A stretch of 62,992 nucleotides of DNA, the filler included, from Octopus bimaculoides (taxonomy: Eukaryota): assembly GCF_001194135.2 (NCBI RefSeq). It is 4 parts of 3 records of this genome, joined end to end, with 100 filler letters (N's around TTAATTAATTAA, not from the genome) between each part and the next. Parts side by side here need not be neighbours in the genome. Positions count along the whole stretch, not along the records: positions 60,469 to 62,992 come from NC_068989.1; 3 more parts are not named here. One strand, 5' to 3'. Positions within the stretch are counted from its first letter, which is position 1. Each line of letters starts with the position of its first letter. Shown here piece after piece: positions 62,261 through 62,992 of this stretch. The notes under the pieces were generated by a model. That model saw nothing but the letters and a program-made list of their open reading frames with translations. It made no database searches and was not told the DNA's origin. Position numbers and translations under genes: made by a program.

Positions 62261-62891
62261 ATATAAATTTCGGATAAAATTTCCATTTACCGCACCCATT
62301 TATTGCACTCGGTAAAAACACTAGCGTAATAGTAATTGGGTATCCTTCCGGCAGTATATTGGATAGATATTATCCCTTAGTGCGTTGGATTCACAACCCC
62401 CTAACTTTCTTGTTCAACCTACACAAGTTATTGTGAGGGAAACAAAATAGGGATTTTGAAAGCAGTTTCTTTAAAACTAGTTTTTGAACATCGAATGGGT
62501 ATTGGGGGTCTACCAGAATAAAATAGTAATCAAAGGGGTCATTAAATAAAAAAATGATTAAGAATCTCTATGCTACACGAAGGATGTCATGTTAAAAGTC
62601 CTAGATGATGAGGGCCGTTTGGGAATAAGACCGAGGAGCATTATGTGAACAGGTGACCCCCTGATATTATATGATTCCCCCGACTCTGGCGATTTGAAAC
62701 TGTATAGAATGCTACATATAAGACGTTGTCAGAGTGGAGTACCTGCACGGTGCCAACGACTTTATGGGCGCCATAGTCATTGGTGAGAAGCGCCTGATTC
62801 TCATAGCCAATTCTTTCAATCGTATTATTGCAGGTGTTATTTTGTTTATGGCTTGTTTCTATGATGCATTTAACTGAAAACGTGGACTTTT

Positions 62892-62926
<35 letters not shown>

Positions 62927-62992
62927 ATGTCAGATTTATTTGTTTTGTATCTCTGTTTTTCATTGAGCTTTGTTCAACGTTATATATATATA

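Noticed and set aside
22244-62992. Further OSBPL8 exons
   Set aside because: I searched by eye for a phase-2 acceptor followed by LW..V..AI and found none.

Overview
Eukaryotic animal genomic DNA: AT-rich, dense in microsatellites and repeats, with many N gaps. The SINE and LINE families and the microsatellite load suggest an octopod cephalopod (inference). Three identical 100-bp spacers (44N-TTAATTAATTAA-44N) indicate the window is four joined pieces: 1-25268, 25369-54650, 54751-60368 and 60469-62992. Two host genes are supportable. The first is three consecutive + strand exons of an OSBPL8/OSBPL5-type (ORP5/8) oxysterol-binding protein, separated by a 19-kb and a 0.8-kb intron; these are absent from the ORF track. 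The second is an intronless, divergent 659-aa TTC25/ODAD4-like gene on the - strand with an acidic repeat tail. The rest is transposon-derived: a full-length defective mariner, a Tigger/pogo remnant, RTE and CR1/L2-like LINE remnants, at least three tRNA-headed SINE families, piggyBac-, hAT- and Tigger-type MITEs, fold-back elements, and Penelope-like termini carrying hammerhead-ribozyme-like motifs. I see no CRISPR array, rRNA or genuine tRNA, and no demonstrable new multi-gene system. The best leads are the TTC25-like retrogene, variant minimal hammerhead motifs, a copy-variable VNTR in an RTE 3' UTR, a three-zinc-finger LINE tail, a 333-bp fold-back, and CpG erosion concentrated in the OSBPL8 gene body. 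Protein and repeat family assignments come from recalled motifs, not database searches. Repeat boundaries are approximate unless terminal inverted repeats (TIRs) or target-site duplications (TSDs) are given.
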